Below, one piece after another: positions 61,195-64,000 of a stretch of DNA of 64,000 nt. The stretch lies in assembly GCA_023213235.1 (NCBI GenBank), contig CP096137.1:2350723-2414722 (forward strand), in the 5' to 3' direction. A program made the position numbers and the translations under genes. Positions within the stretch are counted from its first letter, which is position 1. Every line of letters starts with the position of its first letter. The notes beneath the pieces are model-generated. The model ran no database searches and was not told the DNA's origin. It worked only from the letters and a program-made list of their open reading frames with translations. The DNA is from Elusimicrobiota bacterium. Lineage in GTDB: Bacteria > Elusimicrobiota > Elusimicrobia > UBA1565 > UBA9628.

Positions 61195-61952
61195 GCAAGC
61201 CGTTAAAAGGCCGCACCGTGCTGATCACTCGGCCCAAATCCGTTTCCGGCGCCGTCGTCGTCGCATTGCGGCGACGAGGCGCCACAGTGATCGTCAGCCC
61301 GCTCATTAAAATCGCCGCGCCCAGCTCTCACGCCGCCGTCGACCGGTCCCTCAATTCGTTCAGTCGTTATCATGCCGTCGTCTTCACGAGTTCCAACGCC
61401 GTCGAGTCGTTTTTCGCCCGCGCGAGAAAGATTCTCGGACATATCCCCAAAACCTCGGCCATGATCTACGCCGTCGGGAGAAGCACCGCCGCGGCCGTCG
61501 CCGTTCGCTCCAAAGGCCGTTGGCGTTGCTCGACCTTCCCCGAAGACGCGCGGTCGGCGGGTCTCGCTAAAATCCTGCGCGTCCCGCGCGCCGCGAACGT
61601 TCTCATCCCGAGGGCCGAGCGCGGCTTGAGTCTTCTGCCGCAGGCCCTGAGAAAGCGCGGCGCCCGCGTCGACGTCGTCTCCGTTTATAAGACCGTCCCC
61701 GACACGGACGGATTGAAGAAATTCAGAAGCGCTCTCGCCTTCGGCGCCGACATCGCCGTCTTCGCCTCCGGCTCCGCCGCGAGAGCGGGGGCATCCGATC
61801 TCAAATTATCCGGCGCCAAAGCCGTGGCCATCGGCCCGACCACGGCGTCCGTTCTCCGTTCGCTGAAGATCGAGCCCGTCGTGTCGAAAGCCCCGACGCC
61901 GGACGCCCTCGCGAAGGCCGTCATCCTCGCGTCCAAGGACCTCGTCCCATGA
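61191..61952 (+). CDS. hemD: Uroporphyrinogen-III synthase
   Basis: LKGRTVLITRP, VFTSSNAV, AVG, VYKT, FASGS, AIGPTT. Confidence 0.88.
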   Translation: MSKPLKGRTVLITRPKSVSGAVVVALRRRGATVIVSPLIKIAAPSSHAAVDRSLNSFSRYHAVVFTSSNAVESFFARARKILGHIPKTSAMIYAVGRSTAAAVAVRSKGRWRCSTFPEDARSAGLAKILRVPRAANVLIPRAERGLSLLPQALRKRGARVDVVSVYKTVPDTDGLKKFRSALAFGADIAVFASGSAARAGASDLKLSGAKAVAIGPTTASVLRSLKIEPVVSKAPTPDALAKAVILASKDLVP

Positions 61953-62727
61953 CCCGGTTCTCTCTCCTGAAGTCGGTCCTCCTCCGCTCCGGCTCCATCC
62001 TCCGAAAACGCTTCGGCAAGGTCGGCTACAAGCAGAAGCGCCGCGCCGATCTTCTCACCATCGCCGATCTCGAGAGCCAGAAAGCCATCTTGTCGGCCAT
62101 CAAGAAGAACTTCCCGCAGGACGACTTCAAAGCGGAAGAGAACTCGGAGAAGCTGACCGGCGCGGAATACAACTGGGTGATCGACCCGCTCGACGGCACG
62201 ACGAACTTCGCGCACGGCTACCCGGTCTCGTGCGTGTCGGTGGGCGTCCTTCGCGGGGAGAACCCGCGCTCGGCGGGGTTTACGATCCTTTCAGGGACGA
62301 GCTCTACCTCGCTGTGAAGGGGAAGGGAACGACGCTTAACGGCAAACGGATTGAGGTTACGCGGGAGAACCGCGTCTCACGATCTCTGTTGATCACCGGC
62401 TTCGCCTACGACCGGGCCGAAAGAGCCGACTTTTATCTGCGCCGGTTCAAAGCTTTCATCACCAAATGTCATGACGTACGCCGTTCCGGCTCGGCCGCCC
62501 TCGACATGGCGTGGGTGGCGGCCGGCCGCGCGGACGGGTTCTGGGAGTACGAGCTCAATCCATGGGACGTCGCCGCCGGCTGCCTGCTGATTCAAGAGGC
62601 CGGTGGGAAAGTGACGGACCTCGAGGGCCGGCCCTGGACGAACTGGCGGACGATGGGACGGCGAACCCTCGCGAGCAACGGACGCGTGCACCGCGAGATG
62701 GTGAACGTCTTACGGAGAATCAAGTGA
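61949..62727 (+). CDS. suhB: Inositol monophosphatase (frameshift ~62260)
   Basis: AEE, WVIDPLDGTTNF, RRSGSAALD, PWDVAAG. Confidence 0.9.
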
Positions 62728-63845
62728 GCGATATTTTAATTCTCGACGGAGCCCGCACGCCCTTCGCCGCCTGGGGCCGCGGCACGACGGGCGCGGGCGC
62801 GCCGGGCGGCGCGCTCAAGGACCTCGACGCCCACGACCTCGGCGCGGCCGCGCTCAAGGGCGCGCTGTCGCGCGCGGGTCTGAAGCCGAAAGACGTCGGC
62901 TACGTCGCGTTCGGCAACATGTATCAGGACGGGCCTCACGGGTGCTACGGCGCGCGCTACGTGACGATCCGCGCGGGCTGCCCGCCGGAGACGACGGGCA
63001 CGGCCGTGACCTTGGCCTGCGGCACCGGCCTCGTCGCGCTGACGTCGGCGGCCGACGCGGTCGCGCGCGGCGACGCCGCGGTCGCCGCCGCCGTCGGCGC
63101 CGACTGCCCGAGCCGCATCCCGCGCGGCATCTTCGTGCCGTCGTTCACCGACATCTCCTGCGGCAAGCACATCGCCAAGACCGCCGAGGAACTCGCCGCC
63201 GCCAAGGGCGTCACGCGAGCCGCGATGGACGACTGGGCGCGCCGCTCGCACGAGCGCGCGAACGCCGGCGCGAAGGCGCGCGCCGAGGAGATCGTCGCGA
63301 CCGCCGGGCTCGCGCAGGACGACGCGCCGCTCGCGGACCCGTCGCCCGAGCGCTTCGCGGCGGCCAAGCTCCTGTTCTCCGACGGCACCGAGGTCATGAC
63401 CCACGCCAACGTGCACGGCATCGTCGACGGCGGCGCGGCGCTGCTGCTGTCGTCGCCCAAGGCGGCGAAGACGCGCGCGCTCGGGCGCCTCGTCTCCCAC
63501 GCGCTCGTCGGCGTTCCCGCCGAGCGCATGGCCTACGCGGCCGTGCCCGCCGTGCGCCAGGCGCTCGAGAAGGCCCGCTGGCGGATTTCCGACGTCGACC
63601 TGTGGGAGATCAACGAGACCTTCGCCGCGCAGGTCCTGCTCGACCGCGCCGAACTCGGCCTCGACGCCGAGAGGATCAACGTCAACGGCGGCGCGATCGC
63701 TCTCGGCCATCCGTTCGGCGCCACGGGCGTGCGCCTCGTGCACACCTTGCTGCTCGAACTTCGCCGCCGCTCCCTCCGCCGCGGCGTCGCCGCGATCAGC
63801 GTCGGAGGCGGCCTCGGCGTCGCCGTCTGCGTGGAAACGATCTAG
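62724..63845 (+). CDS. Thiolase family protein (acetyl-CoA C-acyltransferase-like)
   Basis: GARTPF, LACGTG, EINETFA, NGGAIALGHPFGATG; C-terminal SVGGG instead of CxGGG. Confidence 0.88.
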   Translation: MSDILILDGARTPFAAWGRGTTGAGAPGGALKDLDAHDLGAAALKGALSRAGLKPKDVGYVAFGNMYQDGPHGCYGARYVTIRAGCPPETTGTAVTLACGTGLVALTSAADAVARGDAAVAAAVGADCPSRIPRGIFVPSFTDISCGKHIAKTAEELAAAKGVTRAAMDDWARRSHERANAGAKARAEEIVATAGLAQDDAPLADPSPERFAAAKLLFSDGTEVMTHANVHGIVDGGAALLLSSPKAAKTRALGRLVSHALVGVPAERMAYAAVPAVRQALEKARWRISDVDLWEINETFAAQVLLDRAELGLDAERINVNGGAIALGHPFGATGVRLVHTLLLELRRRSLRRGVAAISVGGGLGVAVCVETI

Positions 63846-63850
63846 TTTCC

Positions 63851-63927
63851 GGTGTCAGGCCTAACGATTAACGATTCTCTCCGGATGCGTTCCGCGGGGA
63901 GAATCGTTAATCGTTAGGCCTGACACC
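63851..63927. repeat. 77-bp hairpin element with perfect 29-bp arms (REP/MITE-like)
   Basis: GGTGTCAGGCCTAACGATTAACGATTCTC-19 nt-GAGAATCGTTAATCGTTAGGCCTGACACC, between convergent genes. Confidence 0.93.
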
Positions 63928-63935
63928 CTCTAACG

Positions 63936-64000
63936 TTAGAACCGGAACGCGATCGTGATGCGGTTCGTCGAACCGAGATCCCCGAAGGGGATCCAGGCGT
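63936..64000 (-). CDS. C-terminus of an outer membrane beta-barrel (PorV/PorQ-like), partial
   Basis: ...AWIPFGDLGSTNRITIAFRF* with terminal Phe. Confidence 0.6.
   Translation of the reverse strand, partial: AWIPFGDLGSTNRITIAFRF

Noticed and set aside
5383-62727. More than 20 frameshifted genes read as pseudogenes, phase variation or programmed frameshifts
   Set aside because: Most breaks I could localise are 1-bp losses in short G/C runs and hit core genes (fmt, trmD, pdp, suhB) with no other decay; this matches long-read homopolymer error

Overview
High-GC diderm bacterial chromosome segment, plausibly Elusimicrobiota (an inference from lpxD, a PorV/PorQ-like C-terminus and the khpA/PASTA/pdp gene set). 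It has about 75 genes and one tRNA-His; no integrase, transposase, prophage or CRISPR array was seen. More than 20 genes, including fmt, trmD and pdp, are broken by apparent 1-bp losses, mostly in G/C runs. These look like long-read errors, so I give reconstructed gene spans. Content from left to right: a TetR-TolC-RND-ECF/anti-sigma operon; lpxD; a CusA/CzcA metal-efflux operon behind a His-rich RAPP leader; tRNA-His plus an amidase; a Crp/Fnr regulator and a secreted triple CxWPNxC peptide; upp-pdp-PNP and transketolase; a GMC oxidoreductase/EEP cluster; a cyclase-RDD fusion; a DUF4178-GGK peptide-DUF350-membrane SpeE-Tat flavoprotein operon; a TonB/TPR/ExbBDD cluster; icd; the def-fmt-PASTA-rpe-rpsP-khpA-trmD-rplS-rnhB-yraN-tatC block; EIIA-APC transporter; two GT-C glycosyltransferases; hemD, suhB and a thiolase. 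Best leads: the three-core cysteine peptide, the RAPP metal leader, the polyamine/GGK operon with a split DUF4178, a probable EIIA-APC fusion, pervasive leaderless genes, and a family of long palindromes.
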